Assembly (NCBI GenBank): GCA_016871515.1
Contig: VHDE01000008.1
Span: forward strand, 16,829 to 80,828
From: Verrucomicrobiota bacterium
GTDB taxonomy: Bacteria; Verrucomicrobiota; Verrucomicrobiia; Limisphaerales; SIBE01
Direction: 5' to 3'
Length of the DNA stretch: 64,000 nt
Positions 50,507 to 59,293 of the stretch are shown here, in pieces. Position 1 is the first letter of the stretch. The number at the start of each line of letters is the position of its first letter. The notes beneath the pieces are model-generated. The model saw only the letters and a program-made list of their open reading frames with translations, did not search any database and was not told the DNA's origin. Position numbers and translations under genes: made by a program.

Positions 50507-50902
50507 ATGGCACGTATCTTAGGTGTGGACATACCCGGTGAAAAGCGCATCGACATTGCGCTTCGTTACATTTACGGAATTGGTCCGGTCAACGCGAAAG
50601 TCATTCTGGAGAAGGCCAAAATCGACCCGGCGATTCGCGCCAAGAATCTGGACGAGCAACAGTTGTCGCAGATCGTTCATGCTATCCAAGAAGGCAAGTA
50701 TGTGATCGAGGGCGACCTGCGTCGCGAACTCGGAATGAACTTGAAACGTCTCCAAGGCATCAAGTGCTACCGAGGCATTCGGCATTTGCGCGGTCTTCCG
50801 GTAAGAGGCCAGCGCACTCAGACCAACGCGCGCACGCGCAAAGGCCCGCGCAAAACCGTCGGTGTTCAACGCAATCCTAACGCAAAAACTGGCATTCACT
50901 AA
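50507..50902 (+). CDS. rpsM: 30S ribosomal protein S13
   Basis: [23 protein letters not shown]. Confidence 0.98.
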   Translation: MARILGVDIPGEKRIDIALRYIYGIGPVNAKVILEKAKIDPAIRAKNLDEQQLSQIVHAIQEGKYVIEGDLRRELGMNLKRLQGIKCYRGIRHLRGLPVRGQRTQTNARTRKGPRKTVGVQRNPNAKTGIH

Positions 50903-50911
50903 ACTGTTCCT

Positions 50912-51544
50912 ATGGCTGACGAGACAAAACCGAAGAAACCCGCCGCCAAAAAAGAAGCCAAAGCTGAAGCGGCGCCAGCGGCGGCGCCCGCCGCCGAACA
51001 AGCCGCGCCAAAAACTGCGGCCGAGCCTCGCCCCGCCAAACCGGCGAAAAAGGGAGGCGAACCCCAAGCCGCTGCCGCTCCTGCTGCCGAGGCGCCAAAG
51101 CCCGCCGAACCGGTTGCCGCAGTTGCGCCGACAGCCGCCGAACTGCTCGGCGAGGATCCAAACGCAAAGAAGATTATCAAGGCCAAAGGCGCCAAGAACA
51201 TCACCAGTGGCGTGGCCAATATCCTGGCTACTTTCAACAATACCCAGGTCACGATCACGGACATGCACGGCAATGTCTTGGGCTGGTCTACTTCCGGCAA
51301 GGTCGGCTTTAAGGGTTCACGGAAAAGCACGGCGTTCGCGGCCCAACAAGTGGCTCAGGATGCGGCGCGTCAGGCAATGTCCCACGGCATGCGCGAAGTC
51401 GAGATTAAGGTCAAAGGACCTGGCTCCGGACGCGAGTCAGCGATTCGAGCTTTACAGGCGATTGGCCTCGAAATCACAACCATCAAAGATGTGACGCCTG
51501 TTCCGCACAATGGCTGTCGTCCGCGCAAGAAGCGTCGCGTCTAG
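50912..51544 (+). CDS. rpsK: 30S ribosomal protein S11 with ~80-aa N-terminal extension
   Basis: [26 protein letters not shown]. Confidence 0.97.
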   Translation: MADETKPKKPAAKKEAKAEAAPAAAPAAEQAAPKTAAEPRPAKPAKKGGEPQAAAAPAAEAPKPAEPVAAVAPTAAELLGEDPNAKKIIKAKGAKNITSGVANILATFNNTQVTITDMHGNVLGWSTSGKVGFKGSRKSTAFAAQQVAQDAARQAMSHGMREVEIKVKGPGSGRESAIRALQAIGLEITTIKDVTPVPHNGCRPRKKRRV

Positions 51545-51547
51545 GCA

Positions 51548-51577
51548 TTTCAAATCTCAAATCTCAAATACCAAATA
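51548..51577. repeat. Short heptamer array before rpsD
   Basis: TTTCAAA TCTCAAA TCTCAAA TACCAAA. Confidence 0.6.
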
Positions 51578-51583
51578 ACAAGT

Positions 51584-52192
51584 ATGGCTCGTTATACTGG
51601 ACCTCGAATTCGAATCAGTCGTCGATTTGGCACGCCCGTTTTTGGCCCGTCAAAGTACCTCGAACGGAAAAACTACGGACCCGGCGTGCATGGTCCAAAG
51701 TCTCGGCGGAAAAATACCGACTACGCGCTAGGCTTAATCGAGAAGCAAAAGCTCCGCTATTATTATGGGCTGTTGGAGCGCCAGTTCCGCGGCGTTTACG
51801 AGCGCGCTTTGAAGCGTCGCGGTGTGACTGGTGAAACGATGTTGCAGATTCTCGAGACGCGCCTGGACAACGTGGTTTATCATCTTGGTTTTGCCAATAC
51901 TCGGGCCGGGGCCCGCCAGATGGTCTCGCACGGTCATATCAAGGTCAATGGCCGTTCCGTGAATATTCCGTCCTGCGGATTGAAAGTGAACGACGTTATC
52001 GAGGTCAAAGACTCAAGCGTCTCACGGCAAATGGGAACGCGAAATCTCGAATCTTCGACCAGCCGGTCAGTTCCAGATTGGCTTTCCTTAAACAAAGATG
52101 CTTTCAAAGGCACGGTCTTGCGGATTCCGTCGCGCGATGACATTCAACCCATTGCGAACGAGCAAGCCGTCGTCGAATTTTATTCCCGCTAA
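51584..52192 (+). CDS. rpsD: 30S ribosomal protein S4
   Basis: MARYTGP, EKQK, LETRLDN, VEFYSR. Confidence 0.98.
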   Translation: MARYTGPRIRISRRFGTPVFGPSKYLERKNYGPGVHGPKSRRKNTDYALGLIEKQKLRYYYGLLERQFRGVYERALKRRGVTGETMLQILETRLDNVVYHLGFANTRAGARQMVSHGHIKVNGRSVNIPSCGLKVNDVIEVKDSSVSRQMGTRNLESSTSRSVPDWLSLNKDAFKGTVLRIPSRDDIQPIANEQAVVEFYSR

Positions 52193-52293
52193 CTAAACCC
52201 GCTCTCGATCGGGAGCAAAACAATTATACGGGCTCGCATTGCCGGCGGGAATGAAGCAGCGCGAGTCAGATTAAAATTGTTAGAAAGAGAACT

Positions 52294-53307
52294 ATGCCAG
52301 TACGTTTAGGTCGGTTCGAAATGCCGAAACGGTTGACCAAGGAAGATTCAACCGCCACAGAAACCTACGCGAAATTCATCGCTGAACCCTTCGAAACCGG
52401 ATACGGCCACACGATCGGGAATTCCCTCCGTCGCGTTCTTATCTCCTCGCTCGAAGGCGCCGCCATCACGTCGATTCGCGTTGATGGCGCGATGCACGAA
52501 TTCACGACCATCGATGGAGTGGTCGAAGATGTCACGGACATCATTCTGAATCTAAAGAAAGTGCTCTTCAAGGCGCATAGCCGCGAGCCACAGACGGTCC
52601 TGCTTTCCGTCAACAAGGATGGTCCGGTGTCCGCCGGCGACATTAAGTTGAATCAGAATTTAGAGCTGGTTAACCCGAAACAGTTGATCTGCACGCTCGA
52701 TAGAAAAAAGAAGCTCGAAATGGAATTGGAGGTAAAGATCGGACGCGGCTTTTGCCCCGGTGACGAAAACAAGAAGCCGGACCAGCCCATTGGCGTCATC
52801 GCCATCGATTCGCTCTTTTCGCCCGTGACGCGTGTGCGGTACGCGGTCGAAAGCGCGCGTGTTGGCCAGCGCACCGATTACGACCGGTTGATCCTCGAAA
52901 TCTGGACGGATGGCCGTGTTTCCCCGGACGACGCGCTCACGCAAGCCTCCGCAATTCTGCAGCATCACTTGGACGTCTTCGTCGGATATGACAAGAATGC
53001 GGTCGAGTTTGAGGAGGTCGTGGACAAGCAGGACGACGAAAAGGCGCGGCAACGCAAACTCCTCAACATGAGCGTCAATGAAATCGAATTGAGTGTCCGG
53101 GCCGCCAATTGTTTGAACAATGCCAACATCACGACGGTCGGGCAGTTGGCGATGAAGACGGAAGCGGAAATGCTGAAGTACCGCAACTTCGGCAAGAAAT
53201 CGCTCAATGAAATTAAAGAGAAACTGACCAGTCTCGGTTTGTCTTTGGGAATGAATATCGATGCCACATTGCTCGACGCTCCTAAGGAAGAAGCCAAGTC
53301 GGCCTAG
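52294..53307 (+). CDS. rpoA: RNA polymerase alpha subunit
   Basis: GHTIGNSLRR, LSVRAANCL, NFGKKSL. Confidence 0.98.
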   Translation: MPVRLGRFEMPKRLTKEDSTATETYAKFIAEPFETGYGHTIGNSLRRVLISSLEGAAITSIRVDGAMHEFTTIDGVVEDVTDIILNLKKVLFKAHSREPQTVLLSVNKDGPVSAGDIKLNQNLELVNPKQLICTLDRKKKLEMELEVKIGRGFCPGDENKKPDQPIGVIAIDSLFSPVTRVRYAVESARVGQRTDYDRLILEIWTDGRVSPDDALTQASAILQHHLDVFVGYDKNAVEFEEVVDKQDDEKARQRKLLNMSVNEIELSVRAANCLNNANITTVGQLAMKTEAEMLKYRNFGKKSLNEIKEKLTSLGLSLGMNIDATLLDAPKEEAKSA

Positions 53308-53318
53308 CATTAATTCCC

Positions 53319-53840
53319 ATGCGACATCAGAAAAGAACAGCCAAATTAGGACGCACCGGTTCACACCGCAATGCGATGCTGGCTAATTTGGTTTGCAGCC
53401 TTATTCAGCACAAGCGCGTCACAACCACTCTGGCCAAGGCAAGAGCCGCGCGTTCGGTCGCGGAAAAAATGGTGACGTTGGGCAAAAATGGAACGATCCA
53501 CGATCGCCGTTTGGCGGCTGCGAAACTGCGCCACAACAGCCAACGCATGCTCAAGAGCAAGGCATTGATTGCTCAGGCGCATAAAAATGATGTGGTGCGC
53601 ATCTTGTTTGACGAGATCGCACCCGCGTTTAAGGAGCGCCGTGGCGGTTATACGCGCATCATAAAGCTCAATCGCCGCCAGGGTGACGCCGCCGATTTGG
53701 CAATCCTCGAATGGGTCGAGCTACCTGTAGCTGCGCCCGCACCCGCGGCGGCTCCGGCAAAAACTGAAACCGCTGCCGCCGGGCAATCTGAGTCCGCGCC
53801 GGCAGCCTCCGGTGGCGAAGCCACCCCGGAGAAGAAGTAA
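53319..53840 (+). CDS. rplQ: 50S ribosomal protein L17 (internal insertion and Ala-rich tail)
   Basis: MRHQK..KLGR, TTLAKA, GGYTRI, GDAA. Confidence 0.97.
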   Translation: MRHQKRTAKLGRTGSHRNAMLANLVCSLIQHKRVTTTLAKARAARSVAEKMVTLGKNGTIHDRRLAAAKLRHNSQRMLKSKALIAQAHKNDVVRILFDEIAPAFKERRGGYTRIIKLNRRQGDAADLAILEWVELPVAAPAPAAAPAKTETAAAGQSESAPAASGGEATPEKK

Positions 53841-53861
53841 ACATCGCATCGGCCTTTGCGC

Positions 53862-53897
53862 GAAAGCCCGTTCGAAAGAACGGGCTTTCTGTTTTTT
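53862..53897 (+). terminator. Rho-independent terminator ending the alpha operon
   Basis: GAAAGCCCGTTC-GAAA-GAACGGGCTTTC-TGTTTTTT. Confidence 0.9.
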
Positions 53898-53939
53898 AAG
53901 AGTGCCGAACCGCTCCAATCCCTGTACAGTCAACCTCCA

Positions 53940-55292
53940 ATGCAAATGCAATCTCGGCCAGGCTTTCTGTTCTTATCCATTCTCCTCCTGCAAGCGTTGC
54001 CATTGAGCGCTGAGGAACACTGGCCCCAGTTCCGCGGGCCAAAGTCTCTCGGAACTTCCGAGAACAACAATCTTCCGACGACTTGGGGCGCGAATCAGAA
54101 TGTCAAATGGCGGACAGACGTTCCCGGCTATGGGTGGTCCTCTCCGATCGCTTGGGGTGATAAGATATTTCTCACATCGGTCGTTAAGGACGGCGAAGTC
54201 GAGACGCCGAAGAAGGGACTTTATTTTGGAGGCGATCGGCCGACGCCCTCCTCGGCCCGTCATCAGTGGATGGTTTATTGTCTGGATTTGAAATCCGGAA
54301 AGAAGCTTTGGGAAAAGCAAGCGCATCAAGGGGCGCCTTCCAGTTCCATTCACCTAAAGAACACTTACGCTTCCGAGACTCCCGTCACCGATGGCGAGCG
54401 TGTTTACGCTTACTTCGGCAACGTTGGGATTTATTGTCTCGATTTCGCGGGCAACGAGATTTGGTCAAAACGCCTCGAGTCTTTCAAAACACGTTACGGC
54501 TGGGGAACAGCCGCTTCACCCATCTTGCACAATGGACGGCTCTACATCGTGAATGATAATGAGGAGCAATCGTTCCTTGTTGCGCTCGATGCGAAAACAG
54601 GCCGGCAAATCTGGCGGGTGGAGCGCGACGAAAAGAGCAACTGGGCTACGCCGTACATTTGGGAAAATGAGAAACGCACTGAGATTGTCACTCCGGGACG
54701 GAACAAAGTCCGCTCTTACGATCTCGCTGGCAAGCTGCTGTGGGAATTCGGCGGCATGTCTACCATTGTGATCCCAACACCGTTTTCAAAGTTTGGTTTG
54801 CTCTACGTTTGTTCCGGATATGTCGGGGATGGAACTCGCCCGGTCTTTGCCATTCGCCCCGGCGCCTCCGGCGAGATTTCGCTCAAACCGGGTGAAACGA
54901 GCAACGAACATATCGCGTGGTATCAAAAGACGGCGGCTCCGTACAATCCTTCGCCGCTGGTGTATGGCGATTATTTCTACGTGTTGTACGATCGCGGCTT
55001 GTTCAGTTGTTATGAAGCGCGAACCGGCCGGTTGGTTTATGATCGCGAACGCTTAAACCCTGAGGGAACCGGCGCTTACACTGCGTCGCCCTGGGCTTGC
55101 AATGGCAGAGTCTTTTGCTTGAGCGAGGATGGCGACACGTTTGTCATTGAGGCTGGACCCAAGTTCAAATTGCTGGGCAAGAATTCGCTGAACGAAATGT
55201 GCATGGCCACGCCAGCCATGGCCCAGGAGAGTTTGATTGTGCGCACAACCTCCAAACTCTATTGCATCCAAAACCGCGGAACGGCCAATTAG
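53940..55292 (+). CDS. Secreted PQQ-binding-like beta-propeller protein (BamB-like repeat family)
   Basis: Signal peptide, WPQFRGP, repeated ALDAKTG..W / SP motifs. Start moved downstream of the terminator. Confidence 0.88.
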   Translation: MQMQSRPGFLFLSILLLQALPLSAEEHWPQFRGPKSLGTSENNNLPTTWGANQNVKWRTDVPGYGWSSPIAWGDKIFLTSVVKDGEVETPKKGLYFGGDRPTPSSARHQWMVYCLDLKSGKKLWEKQAHQGAPSSSIHLKNTYASETPVTDGERVYAYFGNVGIYCLDFAGNEIWSKRLESFKTRYGWGTAASPILHNGRLYIVNDNEEQSFLVALDAKTGRQIWRVERDEKSNWATPYIWENEKRTEIVTPGRNKVRSYDLAGKLLWEFGGMSTIVIPTPFSKFGLLYVCSGYVGDGTRPVFAIRPGASGEISLKPGETSNEHIAWYQKTAAPYNPSPLVYGDYFYVLYDRGLFSCYEARTGRLVYDRERLNPEGTGAYTASPWACNGRVFCLSEDGDTFVIEAGPKFKLLGKNSLNEMCMATPAMAQESLIVRTTSKLYCIQNRGTAN

Positions 55293-55366
55293 AAAGCCGT
55301 GTTTCGGGTGAACGCAATTTAATGACTGGACAGCGGTCGGAAGGGAAAAGGAGCGCGAGACTTTAC

Positions 55367-55397
55367 TTACGCAAGTTGCGTAACGCAATTTGCGTAA
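55367..55397. promoter_or_regulatory. Two overlapping palindromes (putative operator) abutting the ATPase start codon
   Basis: TTACGCAA-G-TTGCGTAA overlapped by TAACGCAA-T-TTGCGTAA, then T-ATG. Confidence 0.7.
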
Positions 55398-55398
55398 T

Positions 55399-56535
55399 AT
55401 GAAGTACCCTTTTGAGTACGGCGGGGTGGTGACCGGCGTGGCCTTCTGCAACCGCGAAAAAGAAATCGGCGACCTGCTACGGGCGATGGAGAATGCGGAG
55501 AAACTGTTCGTGTTCTCGGAACGGCGCTACGGCAAGACCTCGCTCGTGCGCGCCGCCCTCGGCAAGCTTCCCCGCAAGGGCTGTCTATGGGCGTACGTGG
55601 ATTTATGGCCGACCGGCGGCGAGGCCACATTCGTCACCTCAGTGGCGAAGGCGATTACTGAATCCATGAGCACGTCCGTAGGGAAAGTATTGGAGACGGC
55701 GAAGAAGTTCTTCGGCAGCTTGTCGCCGAGTGTGACTGCGGACGAGGAAGGCAAACCGGTCTTAACCTTTGGCTTGGGCAAGCAGGCCCGAGTCGGCCCG
55801 GCCTTGGATGAAGTTCTGGAAACTCCAGCGCGAATTGCCGCCAAGGGCGGGCCGCGCGTCGTCGTGGTGCCGGACGAGTTTCAGCAGATTCTGGAGTATG
55901 GCAGCGACCATGTGGAACGGAAACTTCGGAGCGTGATTCAGAATCATCACCAGGTGAGCTATCTCTTCTTGGGCAGCCGCAAACATCTGATCCCCAAAAT
56001 GGTTTTGGATCGTAATCGCCCTTTGTATCGGGCTGGGGGCCACTATCCTCTCGGTCCAATTGCCGAGAAGCATTGGCAGCCGTTCATTCATCAACGCTTT
56101 GTGGCGGGGGACAAGGGTATTGACCGTCGGTGCGTTCATGAGATTTGTGAACTCACACAAGGACACCCATTTTATACTCAACACCTGTGTCATGTGCTTT
56201 GGGAGCTATGCGAACCGAAGTCCGGCATAAACACAGAAATGCTTCAGGCGGCGGTAAAGGTGTTGTTGGACCGCGAGAGCTATGCCTACACGACGTTGTG
56301 GGAGTCACTGACCCTTTCTCAGAAGCGATTCTTGAAAGGGCTGGCCGGCGAGACCACCGGAGTGAAGGTCTTTGCCGGTGAATTTGTAAGCCGTCACGGA
56401 CTCAGTTCCGCATCCAGCGCGCAACGGGCCGCGCAGGCGTTGCTGGCCAAGGACATTATTGATCGGGACAATGGTTCATTCCTCATTACCGATCGGTTTT
56501 TGCGGCAGTGGATTCAATCTGTGCAGTCGGCCTAG
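55399..56535 (+). CDS. Archaeal-type AAA+ ATP-binding protein with a probable C-terminal winged helix
   Basis: PF.YG, FCNREKE, Walker A ERRYGKTS, Walker B VVVVPDEFQ, GS, TQGHPFYTQ, DRFLRQWI. Confidence 0.85.
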   Translation: MKYPFEYGGVVTGVAFCNREKEIGDLLRAMENAEKLFVFSERRYGKTSLVRAALGKLPRKGCLWAYVDLWPTGGEATFVTSVAKAITESMSTSVGKVLETAKKFFGSLSPSVTADEEGKPVLTFGLGKQARVGPALDEVLETPARIAAKGGPRVVVVPDEFQQILEYGSDHVERKLRSVIQNHHQVSYLFLGSRKHLIPKMVLDRNRPLYRAGGHYPLGPIAEKHWQPFIHQRFVAGDKGIDRRCVHEICELTQGHPFYTQHLCHVLWELCEPKSGINTEMLQAAVKVLLDRESYAYTTLWESLTLSQKRFLKGLAGETTGVKVFAGEFVSRHGLSSASSAQRAAQALLAKDIIDRDNGSFLITDRFLRQWIQSVQSA

Positions 56536-56648
56536 GCCAACCATCATGCCTGCCATAACTCGTCCGCGATTACGAGCAATCGCGTAATTCATTGATTACT
56601 GGGATATGTGACCTTGCACGGGATAGCCCACCCGCTTACGCTCGCGCC

Positions 56649-58043
56649 ATGAGATTCGTTGCAACGAAGAACCCAGGGAAGCTCATGGCTATCGCGATCG
56701 CTGCTGCCGCAGTTTCGGTCATGATCCCGAGCATCGGTGCGGCGGAACAGCGCGGTGACGACTGGCCACGCTTTCTGGGCCTGCAGGCGAACGGCATTTC
56801 TACGGAAACAGGCTTGCTTGACAAGTGGCCGCCTGGTGGACCTCCGCTCGTCTGGGAGAAGCCTGTTGGGACCGGCTATAGCGCGCCATCCATTCGCGGG
56901 AACCGGTTGGTTGTCCATCACAGGGTCAAGGACCAAGAGATTGTCGAATGCCTCGACGCCGCGACTGGCAAGCCAATTTGGCGTTACGGCTATCCAAGCC
57001 GATTCATCGACCCTTACGGTTATAACAATGGTCCGCGTTGTTCGCCGTTGCTTACCGAGGATCGCTGTTACACTTTCGGGGCAGAAGGCAAATTGCTCTG
57101 CGTTGAATTGGATTCGGGCAAGTTGATTTGGCAGCGTGACACGGACAAGGACTGGGAAATTCCAGCAGCGTTTTTTGGGGTCGGGAGCACCCCTATTCTC
57201 GAAGGTGACGTGCTGGTCGTGATGGTCGGCGGCCAGCCTAACTCGGGAATGGTCGGTTTTGACGCGCAAACCGGAAAGACGCTCTGGGAGAGCGTCGGTG
57301 AAAAGAATTGGCACGGAATCAAGATGACGGCATGGCGTGGAGAACCGCTTTACCGCTGGGATCGCACAGAAAAGCAAGCGAGCTACGCAACCCCCGTCGC
57401 GGCGACCATCGGCGGGAAACGCCATATTCTCTGCCTGATGCGTCAAGGCTTGGTTTCAATCGATCCCAAGAACGGCGGCGTCAATTTCAGCTTCTGGTTT
57501 CGTTCGCAATTGAACGATTCGGTGAACGCGATGAATCCGATTGTCGTGGATGATTTGATTTTAATTTCGGGCGCGTACTATCGCGTCGGGTCTGTCTTAT
57601 TGAAGGTCAAACCAGATGGTCGCGGCGTCGATGAAGTTTGGCGCAGCACTGTGTTGGAGATTCACTGGACGACGCCCATCTATCATGAAGGTTTTCTCTA
57701 CGCATTCAGCGGCCGCAATGAACCCGACGCGCGCTTTCGTTGCGTGGAATTGAAAACGGGAAAGTTAATGTGGGATCGCCAGGAAAGCTGGCCATCGCAT
57801 AGCACGCCAACTCCGAGCGTTTACGGACGCGGCTCCGCGATCATGGCTGACGGCAAGTTGATTGTGTTAGGAGAAGGCGGCCTTTTGGGAATGTTCAAGG
57901 CAAATCCTAAGGCTCCCGAAGAGATCGGGCGCTTTCAGGTTCCGCAATTGCATTATCCGTGCTGGCCGGCTCCGATATTGGCTCATAAGAAACTGTACCT
58001 GCGCAGCGAAGACCGGCTCATCTGCTATAATCTGGCAAAATGA
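56649..58043 (+). CDS. Secreted PQQ-binding-like beta-propeller protein
   Basis: Signal peptide, DWPRFLG, CLDAATGK..W repeats. Start may be 56685. Confidence 0.88.
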   Translation: MRFVATKNPGKLMAIAIAAAAVSVMIPSIGAAEQRGDDWPRFLGLQANGISTETGLLDKWPPGGPPLVWEKPVGTGYSAPSIRGNRLVVHHRVKDQEIVECLDAATGKPIWRYGYPSRFIDPYGYNNGPRCSPLLTEDRCYTFGAEGKLLCVELDSGKLIWQRDTDKDWEIPAAFFGVGSTPILEGDVLVVMVGGQPNSGMVGFDAQTGKTLWESVGEKNWHGIKMTAWRGEPLYRWDRTEKQASYATPVAATIGGKRHILCLMRQGLVSIDPKNGGVNFSFWFRSQLNDSVNAMNPIVVDDLILISGAYYRVGSVLLKVKPDGRGVDEVWRSTVLEIHWTTPIYHEGFLYAFSGRNEPDARFRCVELKTGKLMWDRQESWPSHSTPTPSVYGRGSAIMADGKLIVLGEGGLLGMFKANPKAPEEIGRFQVPQLHYPCWPAPILAHKKLYLRSEDRLICYNLAK

Positions 58044-58477
58044 ACATTCAAGGAACCTGCACCATCGCGGCTCCTCCTCAACGCGTCTTCGAAGCGTTGA
58101 TCGATCCTCATATTCTGCAGCAGGTCATTCCCGGCTGCGAGAAGATGGAAAAGACCGGTGAGGATGAATACAACGCTCATCTAAAGCTCGGCATTGCCTC
58201 GGTGAAGGGAAGCTATACTGGGAAGGTAAAGGTCACCGACAAACAACCACCTCACAAGTTCACTTTGCAAATGGAAGGGAAGGGCGGTCCGGGGTTCGTG
58301 AAAGGCACGTGCCTGATCGAACTCAAAGCGCAAAGCTCCAACACGCAGCTTGTCTACACAGCGACTGTGCAAGTGGGCGGCCTAATCGCGGCCGTCGGTT
58401 CGCGCGTCATTGAAGCAGCGGGCAAGAAGCTGGCCCAGGAGTTCTTCAGCAAGTTTTCCAAGCTCATCGAAACGTAG
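58040..58477 (+). CDS. coxG: CoxG-like SRPBCC-fold protein
   Basis: VFEALIDP..L..IPGCE, VGGLIAAVGSRVI..FF. Confidence 0.8.
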   Translation: MNIQGTCTIAAPPQRVFEALIDPHILQQVIPGCEKMEKTGEDEYNAHLKLGIASVKGSYTGKVKVTDKQPPHKFTLQMEGKGGPGFVKGTCLIELKAQSSNTQLVYTATVQVGGLIAAVGSRVIEAAGKKLAQEFFSKFSKLIET

Positions 58478-58724
58478 CTGGGAATTGCTCTGTTCCTGGT
58501 GCAAGCTTGGCCCAGAATTAGCGCATGGTTGAGAATCAAACCGCAACCGAACCGAAGGCCTTTCTGTTCTGTTCTTTTGATCCTTGGGAGTCTAAAAGTG
58601 GGCGGCAGCGCGGGAACTTCGGAAGCGGCGACAATCCAGCTACCGCTCGGAGGCTGCAGAGAGTTGAACCCAAAAACCACGGTTGAGCGGGGGCGGCGCT
58701 TTTGGCAGAGGGGAGTGTTTGCTC

Positions 58725-59195
58725 TTACTCCATTTCGGTGACGCGCACGCGCTTGCGGTCGCGGCAAGCCTCTACGCTCTTCCGCAATTGCTCGCGCAGT
58801 TCGGCAGCGCCTCGGATGGCCTCGATTTCCAACGTCGGTGTCGAGGTATCGTTCGTAGCGATGCGAATCGTTCCGACGCCAAACAGCCGTTGCACCAGCG
58901 GTTCAAACAGCGTGATGTCCTCGACTCGATAGAGCTCCATCTCATCAGTCCTCTTGTTGACGATGCCCGTCCTTACTCGGACTCTTTCGGTGGTAAGCTC
59001 GTAAGTGCGCGAGCGAATAACGATCCACCGCACCGCCATAAGAATCAGTGTAACGCCAGCGACAATCAGCAGCCAGATCGACAGAACAATGGCGCCGACG
59101 ATGGCGGCAACCACAATCATACTGCCGAGCAGAAATGTTCCGAGGCTGACGACGAACGAGGATGAACCTTTAAAGAGCGTCGTTTCTTCACTCAT
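58725..59195 (-). CDS. Membrane-anchored bacterial PH-domain (bPH_2) protein
   Basis: Two TM helices, then YELTTERVRVRTG..QRLFGVGTI. Confidence 0.85.
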   Translation of the reverse strand: MSEETTLFKGSSSFVVSLGTFLLGSMIVVAAIVGAIVLSIWLLIVAGVTLILMAVRWIVIRSRTYELTTERVRVRTGIVNKRTDEMELYRVEDITLFEPLVQRLFGVGTIRIATNDTSTPTLEIEAIRGAAELREQLRKSVEACRDRKRVRVTEME

Positions 59196-59293
59196 ACCGA
59201 GAGCTTCCTTTCTTTGGGCAAGTTAACGAACAAACTGGCTTAAGGAAGTCCTTTTCTTTAAGTCAAAAGTCTGCGCTACGACGCCGGTCTTGC

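Noticed and set aside
58478-58724. Possible remnant of a secreted-protein 5' end after coxG
   Set aside because: Only a vague signal-peptide-like stretch with no clear start or homology evidence.
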